From the IMG/VR virus record IMGVR_UViG_3300027985_000918, positions 186,001 through 250,000 of that record: 64,000 nt of DNA; one strand, 5' to 3'. Below the pieces are notes generated by a model. It saw only the letters and a program-made list of their open reading frames with translations. It had not been told where the DNA came from and ran no database searches. The position numbers and the translations under genes were made by a program. Each line of letters starts with the position of its first letter. Within the stretch, counting starts at the first letter, position 1. This document shows positions 33,583-43,280 of this stretch, one piece after another.

Positions 33583-34490
33583 GATCTCGGCTTCCCATCT
33601 CCAGGGGCCGAGATGATATCCATGATGTTGAAGGCGGGTTCAGCCCCCTTCCTTCTCCGGCCCTTTCGAGTCTTCTTCTCCTCTACAGGTTCCGGCTCGA
33701 TCACCTCGGGCTCGATCACCTCGGGCTCGATCACCTCTTTGGGCTTAGCAGCCTTCGTGGGGGGAGTGATTACCCGAGCGCCGGAATGCTGCCTCACCCA
33801 ATCCCCCACCTCTGGTCTCATCTGGTGCAGCCCCTTGCGGGTCCCGTCAGGGTTCCTACGGCACTCCACCGGCAACAGGATGTCTCTCATCAAAAGGAAT
33901 TCCTCCTCAGAGACTTCCTCTTCGCCGATGTACCGGATCACCTCATACACATCCTCAAAAGGAACTAAAGGTGGTTTGTCGGAATCCTTGTTGGATTTTT
34001 CTAGCTCCAGATATCCCTGGGCAAGCCGAGCAACGATACCCAAATCATACCATAGCTCGTCAACAAAGAAGGCGCAGCTATCTCCGGGGTGAATGTCCGT
34101 AATCTTCCCCAGGTTAGGGAAAAGTTGGGAGGGATGCCCAGAGGAACGGTAAACCTCCTGGGTTACAGGAATGACCCGCATACCAGGACTCCCGAAAGCT
34201 AGCCCCTCGCCCGACTGAAATTCCTCGGGTTCCTCGGGCTGAGGCTCCTCGGGCTGAGGCTCCTCAACGACTTCGGCCACCCCGCCGTCTAGGGTCCGCT
34301 CGAACAGCCGAGACCTTTTTCCAATCTCCAAAATCTCTACCCACTTCTTCTCCCCAATCCTCTGCCAGCCCAGGTGGGACTTTGCCACACATTTGGCCCA
34401 AGAAAGGGGGCGAGATTTCCGGATGCCCTCTTGGGAGTCTCCGAGGGCCAGACTAATCGCCAGGGCAGCTCCTTGCAGATCATCACTCAT
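33579..34490 (-). CDS. Hypothetical protein with Glu/Pro tandem repeats
   Basis: 303 aa ORF with EPQPE and EVIEP repeats. Confidence 0.75.
   Translation of the reverse strand: MSDDLQGAALAISLALGDSQEGIRKSRPLSWAKCVAKSHLGWQRIGEKKWVEILEIGKRSRLFERTLDGGVAEVVEEPQPEEPQPEEPEEFQSGEGLAFGSPGMRVIPVTQEVYRSSGHPSQLFPNLGKITDIHPGDSCAFFVDELWYDLGIVARLAQGYLELEKSNKDSDKPPLVPFEDVYEVIRYIGEEEVSEEEFLLMRDILLPVECRRNPDGTRKGLHQMRPEVGDWVRQHSGARVITPPTKAAKPKEVIEPEVIEPEVIEPEPVEEKKTRKGRRRKGAEPAFNIMDIISAPGDGKPRS
33694..33737. repeat. 15-bp tandem repeat x3 (encodes EVIEP)
   Basis: ggctcgatcacctcg repeated three times. Confidence 0.9.
34222..34265. repeat. 15-bp tandem repeat x2-3 (encodes EPQPE)
   Basis: tcctcgggctgaggc repeats. 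Confidence 0.85.
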
Positions 34491-34858
34491 CCTGCCGTCA
34501 CCTGCTGTTCCCGCTTTTTCATGTGTGCAGCTACAACTTGGGCCGCCTCGCCTGGAGTATCCCAGAAGCCCACCCAGTTGTCATCCCGGACAGCGATCCG
34601 ACCCATTACCCCGAATCCGGGAAGTTCGATGTGGTCCGCCCGCCAGCGGCGCTCCCCCTGGTCCATCATGATCTGGTAGTTGTGCCGAACCTTGACCGGA
34701 AGTCCGGTCAGGCGGCAGGGCCGCACGACCTCGGATGTGTGGACGAAGATCACCTTCTCCACGCCACGGTACCCCTCGGGTGGGTTGGGCGGCGTCACCA
34801 TCTTGAAGAGGTGGTCCGTGCCGAGGGTATGCTGGGTCATGGTGACGTTGATCTTCAT
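34487..34858 (-). CDS. Hypothetical protein (123 aa)
   Basis: ATG 34858 with a GGAGG RBS. The track ORF's upstream extension is antisense to real plus-strand genes. Confidence 0.75.
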   Translation of the reverse strand: MKINVTMTQHTLGTDHLFKMVTPPNPPEGYRGVEKVIFVHTSEVVRPCRLTGLPVKVRHNYQIMMDQGERRWRADHIELPGFGVMGRIAVRDDNWVGFWDTPGEAAQVVAAHMKKREQQVTAG

Positions 34859-34881
34859 GGTGTCCTCCGTCGTTCTAGTTC

Positions 34882-34910
34882 CCCTACTCGGAGGAGCAAA
34901 GGAAGTTACC
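34882..34910 (-). promoter_or_regulatory. Candidate bipartite promoter GGTAAC-N17-GTAGGG
   Basis: 25 nt from the GTAG to the ATG at 34858. Confidence 0.55.
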
Positions 34911-34987
34911 GGGAAAGCGGTGGAATTCCTAGGGGGCGGGAACTCGGACGAGGAGTCCGCTGACCTGGCCGCTTGACAGAAAAGAGT

Positions 34988-35015
34988 GGGGGCTCCTGGT
35001 AACCCGGGAGCCCCC
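34988..35015. other. GC-rich inverted repeat/hairpin with GGTAAC at its apex
   Basis: gggggctcctgg-taac-ccgggagccccc forms a 12-bp stem with one T-G pair. Confidence 0.6.
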
Positions 35016-35025
35016 CCAAGTAGTT
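34998..35025 (+). promoter_or_regulatory. Candidate bipartite promoter GGTAAC-N16-GTAGTT
   Basis: 27 nt from the GTAG to the ATG at 35051; divergent from the copy at 34882-34910. Confidence 0.55.
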
Positions 35026-35050
35026 TAGCGGAGCCAGGAAGGAGTCCGAG

Positions 35051-35383
35051 ATGCTGATCCGGGTCCAGTGTGAAGACGATGAGGGAAACCCCAAGACCTA
35101 CGAAGTAGAGGGGTACTATGAGCCCTACGTACCGGGGTACACCTCGGGGTTGCCCGAAAACTGCTACCCCGACGAAGGAGGGTTCTTCGAGCTGAAGTTG
35201 GTAAGAGACGAGAATGGTAACGATGTCCCCGAAAAAGAGCTGCCCGGGAGCTTCCCGGACGATGCCAGTCTCTACAGGCTGGCCGTGGCAGAAGCCCAGA
35301 GTCTGAAAAGAGAGGCAATCTTCGAGAGGGCGGAACAGGCCACCGAAGGCTGCCATTACGGCGAGCCCGAGGAATGGAGATAG
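35051..35383 (+). CDS. Small acidic hypothetical phage protein
   Basis: AAGGAG RBS; contains SGLPENCYPDEGG. Confidence 0.75.
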   Translation: MLIRVQCEDDEGNPKTYEVEGYYEPYVPGYTSGLPENCYPDEGGFFELKLVRDENGNDVPEKELPGSFPDDASLYRLAVAEAQSLKREAIFERAEQATEGCHYGEPEEWR

Positions 35384-35388
35384 AGACC

Positions 35389-35619
35389 ATGCCCAGCAGA
35401 GAGGATCTGATCCGCCCCTTGGTGAAAGTGGGCACATCCGTGGAGCTGCAAACCCGGCTCCAGGACGACAGCCCCGTGCTTCACACGGGAACGGTCACGA
35501 AGCTGCGCCGGGAGGCTTTCGTGGTGAAGGTGAACGGTCTCCCGTTCCCCATCTCCTTCAATCTCTCCGGCCTCTGCGTGCCGGACCTCCACCAGCTCCA
35601 GGTGAAAGTCCCCAAGTAA
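35389..35619 (+). CDS. Small hypothetical protein (beta-rich)
   Basis: ATG 35389 after a GGAG RBS (track start 35374). Confidence 0.65.
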   Translation: MPSREDLIRPLVKVGTSVELQTRLQDDSPVLHTGTVTKLRREAFVVKVNGLPFPISFNLSGLCVPDLHQLQVKVPK

Positions 35620-35638
35620 GGAACCACCAGCAGCCTGA

Positions 35639-35675
35639 AGACAACAAAGACCCCGCCGGCTGGAGCCAACGGGGC
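35639..35675 (-). terminator. Intrinsic terminator after the holin-like gene
   Basis: On the minus strand ccccgttggc-tcca-gccggcgggg (10-bp stem with two G-U pairs) is followed by tctttgttgtctt. Confidence 0.65.
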
Positions 35676-35700
35676 CTTAAGATGCTGCCGAGGGTGCAGG

Positions 35701-36261
35701 TTAGGCCGACTCGCCCTCCTTGGTTTTTTTGTGGTTCTGGAGGAACATCTCCCACAGCCCGACCGAGGTAGCCCCTCCCAGGAATCCCTGGACGAGGGCC
35801 TGGGTAAGGGGGATATCCCCCGAGATTAGTGCAGCAGCTACCGAACCCAGGATACCGAGTACAGCGGCAACCCACGGCACGGCTTTCTTTGGGATGTGCT
35901 CCTTCAGCTTGGCTACCCCGTTCAGGAACCAAACCAGCAGCATAACTAGCACACCTGCGAACAGCGCCCACTGACCAGACTCCGCCGCTGCCAGCAGGGT
36001 GCTCACTGCCTGGGCCGCTTCCTCGGTGGTGTCAACCTTCTCCGGGGGAGCCGGGACGGGATCCGAAGCCGGGGACTCGACGTTCGGAGGGACTTCCTCG
36101 CCCACAACAGGCAGGGCCTTCTCGGGCAGAACGAGAGCGGCTTCTCCCATGCTTGCGGGGTCGACTACTACATTGGAAGGTCCGACATCCTGACTGAGTG
36201 CCGTTGCCGGGCAGAGTGCCAGGAACAGAGCCATGAGGGGGACGAACAGAATCTTCTTCAT
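35701..36261 (-). CDS. Membrane protein, holin-like C-terminal domain with N-terminal signal peptide
   Basis: Signal-like MKKILFVPLMALFLALCPATALS, an acidic linker, three hydrophobic segments and a basic C-terminal tail. Confidence 0.55.
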   Translation of the reverse strand: MKKILFVPLMALFLALCPATALSQDVGPSNVVVDPASMGEAALVLPEKALPVVGEEVPPNVESPASDPVPAPPEKVDTTEEAAQAVSTLLAAAESGQWALFAGVLVMLLVWFLNGVAKLKEHIPKKAVPWVAAVLGILGSVAAALISGDIPLTQALVQGFLGGATSVGLWEMFLQNHKKTKEGESA

Positions 36262-36281
36262 CTGGATCTCCTTGTATCCTA

Positions 36282-36503
36282 TCAGCCTACGGTCACGTCA
36301 ATCGCACCGGGGACTGGAGGTGAGTCCGCATCGTATACCCGAGGCTTCCCCACTTGGTCCAGCTCTGCCTTGATCCTACCACGTTGCTCAGCAGTCAAGC
36401 CGGGGTTGCTCAAGGCCTGGCGGAGTTGGGCCTTGTACTGCCTCTCGTAGGGACCCCGGATGTCCGGGTCAATCCCGTGTCGGCTCAGAATCGGCATCGA
36501 CAT
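36282..36503 (-). CDS. Hypothetical protein (73 aa)
   Basis: Packed ORF in the structural operon. Confidence 0.6.
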   Translation of the reverse strand: MSMPILSRHGIDPDIRGPYERQYKAQLRQALSNPGLTAEQRGRIKAELDQVGKPRVYDADSPPVPGAIDVTVG

Positions 36504-36801
36504 TACCCTTCCACTCTTCCCTCATCCGAGAGAACTCGAACAGGTTGCCAGCTTCGTCATACCGGGCAGCAACGGGTCCCCATCCATCGGCATCTACCCC
36601 GCACAAGCCGTTGATGATGCCCAGGAGACCTACCATGGCGGGGCACTCCCCTCCGCCCACCACCTGAACCGTAGGATGCCAAGAGAGGGCATTGCTGCAC
36701 GGTACACGGGTCTTTACCAAATCCTCAATGGCTGCCGGATCGATCTCCAGCAGCTCATTGAGATAGTCGATGACCTTCTGGGTCAGGCTCTCGTCAATCA
36801 T
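36469..36801 (-). CDS. Hypothetical protein (110 aa)
   Basis: ATG overlaps the stop of the 2114-aa gene (ATGA). Confidence 0.7.
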   Translation of the reverse strand: MIDESLTQKVIDYLNELLEIDPAAIEDLVKTRVPCSNALSWHPTVQVVGGGECPAMVGLLGIINGLCGVDADGWGPVAARYDEAGNLFEFSRMREEWKGNVDADSEPTRD

Positions 36802-39800
36802 CCGCCACATCCGCTCGGGGCCCCAGCGGGGGCGATCCTGGAGGCTTCGTCGTAGACGGCCAAGGTCACGCTCGCCGGGTCCGGGGTCCTACGACTGTAG
36901 CCTCGGAACATAGGGCGGCCGTTGATACGGTAGCGGTCCGCAGCAGCGAACCCCTCCCCGTAACCAGCCGGGCTGATAATACCATCCAGGTTAATGCCCT
37001 GCTCCACCGTCTGCCCGTCCCCAAGGATACCGTAGGTCATAAGGACCATCTGGATCTCGTCCCCATCCGAAACCTTGTACGGGGATCCCGAGAAGGCTTC
37101 TTCGTAGAAGTTGCGTACCAGGAAGGCACGGCAGACCAGTACCCCACCCTTGAGGACCGGGTCACTACTGGCAGGCAAAGAGTCCGAGACCCAATCAATA
37201 GGCCCACCCGGGTTCTCACCATGCAGCACGAATGCCGACCCCCCACCCCGGTACAGCCGGAACCTGCGAGTCCCCGTAGGGGTACTCGTAGTCCAGGCGC
37301 CGAAACCGTCAATGGCAATGTTGCCATCCGACATCCCCAACAGCTCCCCGGGGGAACCCAGGAACCTGGTGTACTCGTTGCCCCCTCCGGTGAGGGGCAA
37401 GAGAGACTGAATCGGCTGGATGTTCGCCGGGCTCGACCTCATAGCCGAGGCGTTCCCCCCTAGGGGGTTCTCGCACAGAAAATCGGAGTCCTGGAGCAGA
37501 GCACCCAAGGGGAGCCGTTCGGTCATGCCGGTCAGCTTGAGCTGGCTGGTACCTGCCCCAGCGTTGACCGGCATGTCCACCCCACCTTGGAGGTAAGTCG
37601 CTACGCACGGGACGTAGAGCCCAACCGGCGGGGTAGGGCCGTCGTTGATGAAGGGGGCCAGGAACCGACCGACCTCCAGTTCCGTGTACTGGGTGTTCTC
37701 GTGGTCCGTCCAGATGTAGATGCCATTGCCCTCGGCTCCCGTCGGGATGGCCTCGATCTCCAGGAGCCGGTGGTTGAACCGGGCTCGAACAGACCGCTGG
37801 AGCAGGGGGTGCTGGAGGATGGCCGTAGCCAAGTTGGCAACCGTCTGCTCCACATCCCCCTTCGCCCGGGTGAACCGGATGTTCAGATTCGAGGCCGGAG
37901 CGGGAACCGTCCAGTCTGGGTTGAACGTCACATCCTTGAGGACCGTGAGCTTCATGGTCTGGGGAGCACCAGGAACGTAATTCAGGGTGTCCGTGTTCCA
38001 GACCCAGACCTGGATGGTGTCGGGAGCGGTAACCTGGGCCACCGGGAACACCGGCTGGGAGGCCGGCTGGGAGTTGAACTCGACCAGAACGAGATCGCTT
38101 CCCGTGGCGCCAGGCCAGTTCACTGTCGTGGTGGCCGCACCTGCCGTCCTCGGGGCAATGACGCCCGGAAAGGTCAGCGTTTCGGTGCGGATCTGGTGCC
38201 CTTCCGAGTCCGGGAAGGGGTAGAACCCATCGGGGCCGGGGGTGAGCACCGCCTGGATCCGAACCTGTCCGCTCACCTCGCAGAACCCGCTTAGGACGAC
38301 CTCTGCGTTCGTGGTCCGCCAGTCAGCAGAAAACACCGGACTCACCTGGATGTGGTCTCCAGGACGAACACCGGAAACGGGCACCGTGAACGACTGGACC
38401 GGATTCTGCGGGTCGAAAGCGGTCAGGGCGAAAGAGGTGACAGTCTCCCCAAACCGCACACTACCGCTTTCGTCCACCAGGAACACGTCCTCAGACGAGA
38501 CATCGGGGCGGGCCAGCAGAGCGGCCTGGTTAGCCGCCAGGGTGCCGTAGATCTTGACGACCTCCCCGTCCAGGAGTTTGAAGTTCATGGTCCAGTGGGT
38601 GTTGGCTCCGCCGTAGTTGACCCCGTCATAGACGCCGGGGTTGATGAACTGCGGATACAGCAGCTCGTACTGGATCTTCGCCCTGCTGGGGTTCCTCTTC
38701 TGACCCTCGGAGAAGGCTCGGGGGAAGATCCTCCATCCCGGCTGAGACTCCGATTCGGGCATGCGCCCTGCCGCTTGTGGGGTGTTCTCGGTGTACCCCA
38801 CGTCGAGGACGGTACCCTGATACAGATCCCCGCCGATCTTGCCAGTCCCGAGGGTGGTGAAGAAATCCAGAGAGGCCAGGACCTCGAACGACCGCTCGTT
38901 GATGGTTTCAGGGACGAAGTTCCCGTTGGTATCGAACTGCTGAATGGGCGTCCTCAGACTCCACTGGCCCCCCACAGGGATCTGGCCGTAGCGGAACTCG
39001 TAGTCCGAGGTGGTTCGATTCTCTCCGTGGCGGCTCATGTAGGGGTCCCCCTGGTACACCGTCCGGTTGTGGGAGATGTACAAGGGGTCGTTCGACCCGG
39101 CCGGGCAAGGGATGCACATCGGGACGCCTTCCAGCTCGGGGTCGTCCCCATCCGTCCGAAGTACGCCCTGGCCGTTGTGCTTCCTCACCAGAACGTAGTT
39201 GTTCTCGGAGATGAACCCTCGGGCGAACCCAAAGACTGTCGCCACCACCACGTACTCGAAGTCCTCGAACTCGTCCCCAGTGGCGTAGCCCGGAATGCGG
39301 CTAAGATCCAAGATGTGATCCGGGAGGATGTACGTGTGGTCCCCATCCGCCTCAGTACGGTCCTTGGCCCCGTTCTCCATGATGAACAGGGACATCATCT
39401 CGGCATCCTCCCGCAGGAGGTTGGTCGCCGGGTCGTCCTCGACCTGGTAGCGGTTAGCCTTGAAGGTCCGCCCACCCTTGTTAAGGAAGTCGGCCTTCTC
39501 GAACACGCCCAGGATGCGGGCCGGTCCGTAGTACGGGGGGAGCTGGATGCCCTTGAGACCACGCCCAAACTCTGAGCTGTTCACACTCGCCAGATAGTTG
39601 ACGATCTCCTGGGCGTATGCGTTGAGCGCTGGGTTGATGTCCGTGGTCTTACGAGCTTCAACATTGGGCAAGCCGAGGAACGCCCCGCCCACCGTATCCG
39701 CCACGCCGTAGCAGGTTGGGGTGCCCGTGATGAAATGGAACAGTGTGACCTCGTTGCCTCCCGTCACGTTGTCCTGGGCTCCGCCGATGATGTTGAACAC

Positions 39801-42800
39801 CGGGTTGGTGGCATCCGCCTTGTCGGAGAACAGGTGGTTGATGCCAGAAAGGAAAGTCCCCTGACCACTCTGGGTGTCCCGGTAGTAGGGAATATCCTGG
39901 CGACCGAACCGGGGCATATACTCCCGAGGAACAGCAAAGCCCATCTGCTTGCCGTTACCTCCCGCCGGATTGGACGAATCCGTCCAGATGGTCAGACCAT
40001 CCTTGGCGTCTGCGTTGGGGTACAGGTACGTCCCCAACAGGCAGGCCGGATCCAAAATCCGGTATGTGTGGGCCTCCAGAGTCATCTGGCGATCCCGGAA
40101 GGGGCGGAACACCAGAGTCTTCGACCCCTTGTCCACGAAGAGCTGGCTCTCTCGGTCAACCTCCGTGAACCCTACGATGTTTCCGCCGTAGCTGGGGGCG
40201 TCAGGAGCGTGCCAGCCGTGACCGGGGAGACGGTTCCATGTCTGGATGTGCTGACTTCCAAAGAACGTCTCATCCGTAGGTACGCCCGTGTAGGAGCTGA
40301 ACTCGGTGTCAATGCTAGCACCGCTCTGCTGGAGGTAGGTCCCCACGCTCTGCTCGGTGGGTCCTCGAAGAGCGAATCGCACGATGTCGTCTGGGACTCG
40401 GGCGGCACCACCCCGCCCTGGGTGGTAGAGCAGGCTCAGGCTCAGGACCATCTTGTCGGGTACACCCACCTTGCCTGCCTCAACCTCACCCGTGAACCTA
40501 TTGTCGTAGGCTCCGACGTCGAGGTTGTCCGACATCCAGGGGTACTCAGAGTCCCCCCCCGTCTCGCCCTTCAGATCCGTCATGACGATGACCATGTCAG
40601 CCGTGCGGCTGGCGTAGTCGCTGGTGTCGTCGCTGTTGTGGAACTGAGACCTCATCTCCGCCACGACCTGGTTGCCCGTAGACTCAAAGCGGATCCCGGA
40701 GTCCCAGTCGGCAGAGACCGCCTGCACCACGACACTGGTCGAGTTGCTGGCGTTGTAGCGGGTGTACCCCGCAGTTGCGCCTGCTCCCACGACCCGGAAC
40801 AGCCCGTTGTTCTGGGTGCTGTCCTTGTCCCCGTACAGGACGATGTAGACCTGGGAGCTATTCCCAGATGTGTCCTTGCCACCTCCCGTCAGCATGTCGT
40901 GCAGGGTCTTCGTTCCCCGCAAGAGAGGACGGGTGATGTATCCGGTCTCGCCGGCACTCGCCAGAGGGTTCCCGATCCACAGCCCGTTGGCGTCCTTCAT
41001 GTAAAAGGTACCATCGGTGTCGAAATCCCAACCGAGATCGATCTCCTGGAGACCGCCACCCGCATTTACCAGGGACGTATCCACATCGAGGGTCGTTCTG
41101 GCGGTGGCGTCGAGCAGACCCCCGAGCACACAGAACGGCTTCTCAAAGTTGAAATTCTGCCAGGGGTACATCGGCCCCGGGTTGGCACCCTTCTGGAGAT
41201 CCGTCAGGTCATACGGAGGAGCCGCATGGGCACGGGACCCCTGGAACCGCAGAGTCACCGGGTGCTGGTTGCCCCCTTCGGGGTCCACAATGGGGTAGCC
41301 CGTCTTCCACATTTCGTTGGGGGTGACGAACCGTACCGCCCTTTCGGATCCATCCCGGAATGTCTTACGGGCACCCTGAGTGCCGTCCTCTCCACCAATG
41401 TAGAGCTGGATGCAGGACCCGTTGGTCCACGCCTTCTCGTACCCGGGATTAGGGTTGGATCCGACGTTCAAGAACCCTGTGGGTTTGAAGTCCGGGCTCA
41501 CATCCCAGCGGACGTTCGTGTCAAACTGGTCATTCGTCAGGTTGCCGGGGCTAGAGCCCACGGCACCATCGGTGAGGGTCGGGTCATCATCCAGAAGCAG
41601 AGTAACGTCCTGCTGGATGACCGCCGCATCCGACCAGATGGTACGGATACCATCCGGGCCGTCCAGGGCCTCGGTGTGATTCGGAGGGGCAATGGACCCG
41701 ACGGCGTGAAGATAATCCACCTCGTGGGCACTTACGCCCTCAGAGTCCCCGGCCCCGCTCTTCTTCCAGGCCGTCCGCAGCTCTCCCTTGACGAGGGCAG
41801 CCACGTTATGGGCCAGCAGGCGCTGGTAGTCCCAGTCCCCAGGGTTGATGGCTCGGCGGAGGTCCAGGATGTCGGCCCGGTCGACCTGATCGGCGTACTT
41901 GCCGTCCGGGCGGGTGTTGAAGAGCTGGATGGTCGTCCCAGCGACGTGCCCCACGGCTGCCGTGCCCCAACGACCACGACCCCCACTCGGAATGGTGATG
42001 GTCTCGTTCGCCACGTTGATGGCGGAGATGCCAATGACCTCATCGTTGAGGACAAGGAAGGTGTGGGAAAGCGTCAGGAAGGGGTCTTCCAGACCCGAGC
42101 CGTTCAGGTTCGTGATGCTGATCGTCCCCACCGTGTCGTGGGAGAGAGCGTCAGTCAAGCTGGCCTGAAGCAGAGCCTTAGATCCCTGGAGAGGGTCCGA
42201 CAGATACTTCGTCCCGGGGACCCGCTCACGGGAACCGTTCTGGTTCGGGTTTCCCGAACTAGAAACCGCCACATAAGGGTTGCTGTTCCGGCGGAAGATA
42301 GCACACAGGGGGATGGCGTAGGTGTACCCATCCACCGTCCCCAGGTTATTGTTAGGATCCCCATCACCAGCCCGCCAAAGGCTAGGATCTCCCAGCTTCT
42401 CCCTCATGTTCTCCCACTGGAGACCTGTCACGGGGTCACTGGCAGCACCTTGGCCGAGAATGTTGGGATCGTCCAGGCCATCGGGGTACACATCGAGAGC
42501 CACCCCCGACCCCAACCCGACACCCTGGCCGAAGACCCGAATGCGGTACTGGGTCTGGATTCGGGCCGTGGTCTCGATCCCCACCTCAGCGTCCTCTAGA
42601 TCATCCGTGAGATTCGTCCCCCCGTACTGGACATTGCCGTACTTCCAGATCTCACTGACGCTGGGCTTGTTGACCTCACTGGGATTCGGACGGACGAGGA
42701 CCTGCCACGCCTCCAGGAACGCAAAGTCCACCCGCCCGTCGGACTCCGGGGCGGGGTACAGCTTGATCCAGTTGGAGACATCGCCCTCGGGAGCGTCTGT

Positions 42801-43142
42801 GCCCGATACCGGCAGAACCCAACCGTTGACGTTGGCCCATACCACCGGGGTCTCTTCCGGACCCTCATGGACGCCAAGGGGGCTTCGGGGGGTCCCGAAC
42901 TTAAGCAAGTTAGACCACAACTCGTTGGTCTCGAAGTCGTCGTAGGCCCGGGTCGGGTCCAGAAAGAACCCCGAAGGCATGACTGACCGCACCAATAGCT
43001 GGAACCGATCCCAGTCAATCTGAGCCATCATGTTCAGCTCGGAATCCAGCGGTGGCTTGTCTTGCTGCCACACCACGCCAGCGAACTGACGCATGAGTGC
43101 GTCGAGAGTGCGGGAGACGCCATTTCCGAAATCGAGGCTCAT
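36798..43142 (-). CDS. Large virion structural protein (tail/baseplate-associated), 2114 aa
   Basis: N-terminal VVWQQDKPPLDSELN motif; beta-rich; N-terminal blocks shared with 53893..57600. Confidence 0.75.
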   Translation of the reverse strand: MSLDFGNGVSRTLDALMRQFAGVVWQQDKPPLDSELNMMAQIDWDRFQLLVRSVMPSGFFLDPTRAYDDFETNELWSNLLKFGTPRSPLGVHEGPEETPVVWANVNGWVLPVSGTDAPEGDVSNWIKLYPAPESDGRVDFAFLEAWQVLVRPNPSEVNKPSVSEIWKYGNVQYGGTNLTDDLEDAEVGIETTARIQTQYRIRVFGQGVGLGSGVALDVYPDGLDDPNILGQGAASDPVTGLQWENMREKLGDPSLWRAGDGDPNNNLGTVDGYTYAIPLCAIFRRNSNPYVAVSSSGNPNQNGSRERVPGTKYLSDPLQGSKALLQASLTDALSHDTVGTISITNLNGSGLEDPFLTLSHTFLVLNDEVIGISAINVANETITIPSGGRGRWGTAAVGHVAGTTIQLFNTRPDGKYADQVDRADILDLRRAINPGDWDYQRLLAHNVAALVKGELRTAWKKSGAGDSEGVSAHEVDYLHAVGSIAPPNHTEALDGPDGIRTIWSDAAVIQQDVTLLLDDDPTLTDGAVGSSPGNLTNDQFDTNVRWDVSPDFKPTGFLNVGSNPNPGYEKAWTNGSCIQLYIGGEDGTQGARKTFRDGSERAVRFVTPNEMWKTGYPIVDPEGGNQHPVTLRFQGSRAHAAPPYDLTDLQKGANPGPMYPWQNFNFEKPFCVLGGLLDATARTTLDVDTSLVNAGGGLQEIDLGWDFDTDGTFYMKDANGLWIGNPLASAGETGYITRPLLRGTKTLHDMLTGGGKDTSGNSSQVYIVLYGDKDSTQNNGLFRVVGAGATAGYTRYNASNSTSVVVQAVSADWDSGIRFESTGNQVVAEMRSQFHNSDDTSDYASRTADMVIVMTDLKGETGGDSEYPWMSDNLDVGAYDNRFTGEVEAGKVGVPDKMVLSLSLLYHPGRGGAARVPDDIVRFALRGPTEQSVGTYLQQSGASIDTEFSSYTGVPTDETFFGSQHIQTWNRLPGHGWHAPDAPSYGGNIVGFTEVDRESQLFVDKGSKTLVFRPFRDRQMTLEAHTYRILDPACLLGTYLYPNADAKDGLTIWTDSSNPAGGNGKQMGFAVPREYMPRFGRQDIPYYRDTQSGQGTFLSGINHLFSDKADATNPVFNIIGGAQDNVTGGNEVTLFHFITGTPTCYGVADTVGGAFLGLPNVEARKTTDINPALNAYAQEIVNYLASVNSSEFGRGLKGIQLPPYYGPARILGVFEKADFLNKGGRTFKANRYQVEDDPATNLLREDAEMMSLFIMENGAKDRTEADGDHTYILPDHILDLSRIPGYATGDEFEDFEYVVVATVFGFARGFISENNYVLVRKHNGQGVLRTDGDDPELEGVPMCIPCPAGSNDPLYISHNRTVYQGDPYMSRHGENRTTSDYEFRYGQIPVGGQWSLRTPIQQFDTNGNFVPETINERSFEVLASLDFFTTLGTGKIGGDLYQGTVLDVGYTENTPQAAGRMPESESQPGWRIFPRAFSEGQKRNPSRAKIQYELLYPQFINPGVYDGVNYGGANTHWTMNFKLLDGEVVKIYGTLAANQAALLARPDVSSEDVFLVDESGSVRFGETVTSFALTAFDPQNPVQSFTVPVSGVRPGDHIQVSPVFSADWRTTNAEVVLSGFCEVSGQVRIQAVLTPGPDGFYPFPDSEGHQIRTETLTFPGVIAPRTAGAATTTVNWPGATGSDLVLVEFNSQPASQPVFPVAQVTAPDTIQVWVWNTDTLNYVPGAPQTMKLTVLKDVTFNPDWTVPAPASNLNIRFTRAKGDVEQTVANLATAILQHPLLQRSVRARFNHRLLEIEAIPTGAEGNGIYIWTDHENTQYTELEVGRFLAPFINDGPTPPVGLYVPCVATYLQGGVDMPVNAGAGTSQLKLTGMTERLPLGALLQDSDFLCENPLGGNASAMRSSPANIQPIQSLLPLTGGGNEYTRFLGSPGELLGMSDGNIAIDGFGAWTTSTPTGTRRFRLYRGGGSAFVLHGENPGGPIDWVSDSLPASSDPVLKGGVLVCRAFLVRNFYEEAFSGSPYKVSDGDEIQMVLMTYGILGDGQTVEQGINLDGIISPAGYGEGFAAADRYRINGRPMFRGYSRRTPDPASVTLAVYDEASRIAPAGAPSGCGG

Positions 43143-43148
43143 GGTTTC

Positions 43149-43280
43149 TCAGTCCTCCGAGAGGGCCACGAAATCGACCCCGTCGTAGATGCCTTCAGTC
43201 ACAGTACCGTCCGAGTGCTGCTGCTTGAACCTGCGAGTCTCGGTATCCGCCCAGGGCTGGGTGTCGGTTGTCAGAAGCAT
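43149..43280 (-). CDS. Small hypothetical protein (43 aa)
   Basis: ATG overlaps the upstream TAA (TAATG): MLLTTDTQPWADTETRRF..VALSED. Confidence 0.6.
   Translation of the reverse strand: MLLTTDTQPWADTETRRFKQQHSDGTVTEGIYDGVDFVALSED

Noticed and set aside
33694-34265. Short tandem repeats as a possible CRISPR or DGR-like array
   Set aside because: They are 15-bp in-frame coding repeats without spacers, and there is no cas or reverse transcriptase gene in the window.
34973-34978. Perfect TTGACA hexamer
   Set aside because: There is no -10-like hexamer 16-18 nt downstream.
34940-35050. Possible riboswitch-like alternative pairing (ctcggac with either of two ggagtccg copies, one covering the RBS)
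   Set aside because: The candidate promoter box at 35020-35025 puts the transcript start downstream of the anti-RBS sequence, so the pairing partner would not be in the mRNA. No known aptamer was recognised.
39735-42599. 954-aa plus-strand ORF, and similar long antisense ORFs (54862-57276, 58402-60549, 9965-11092, 49008-50111)
   Set aside because: They lie fully antisense to well-supported genes and have no recognisable motifs. Such shadow ORFs are expected from the codon bias of GC-rich genes.
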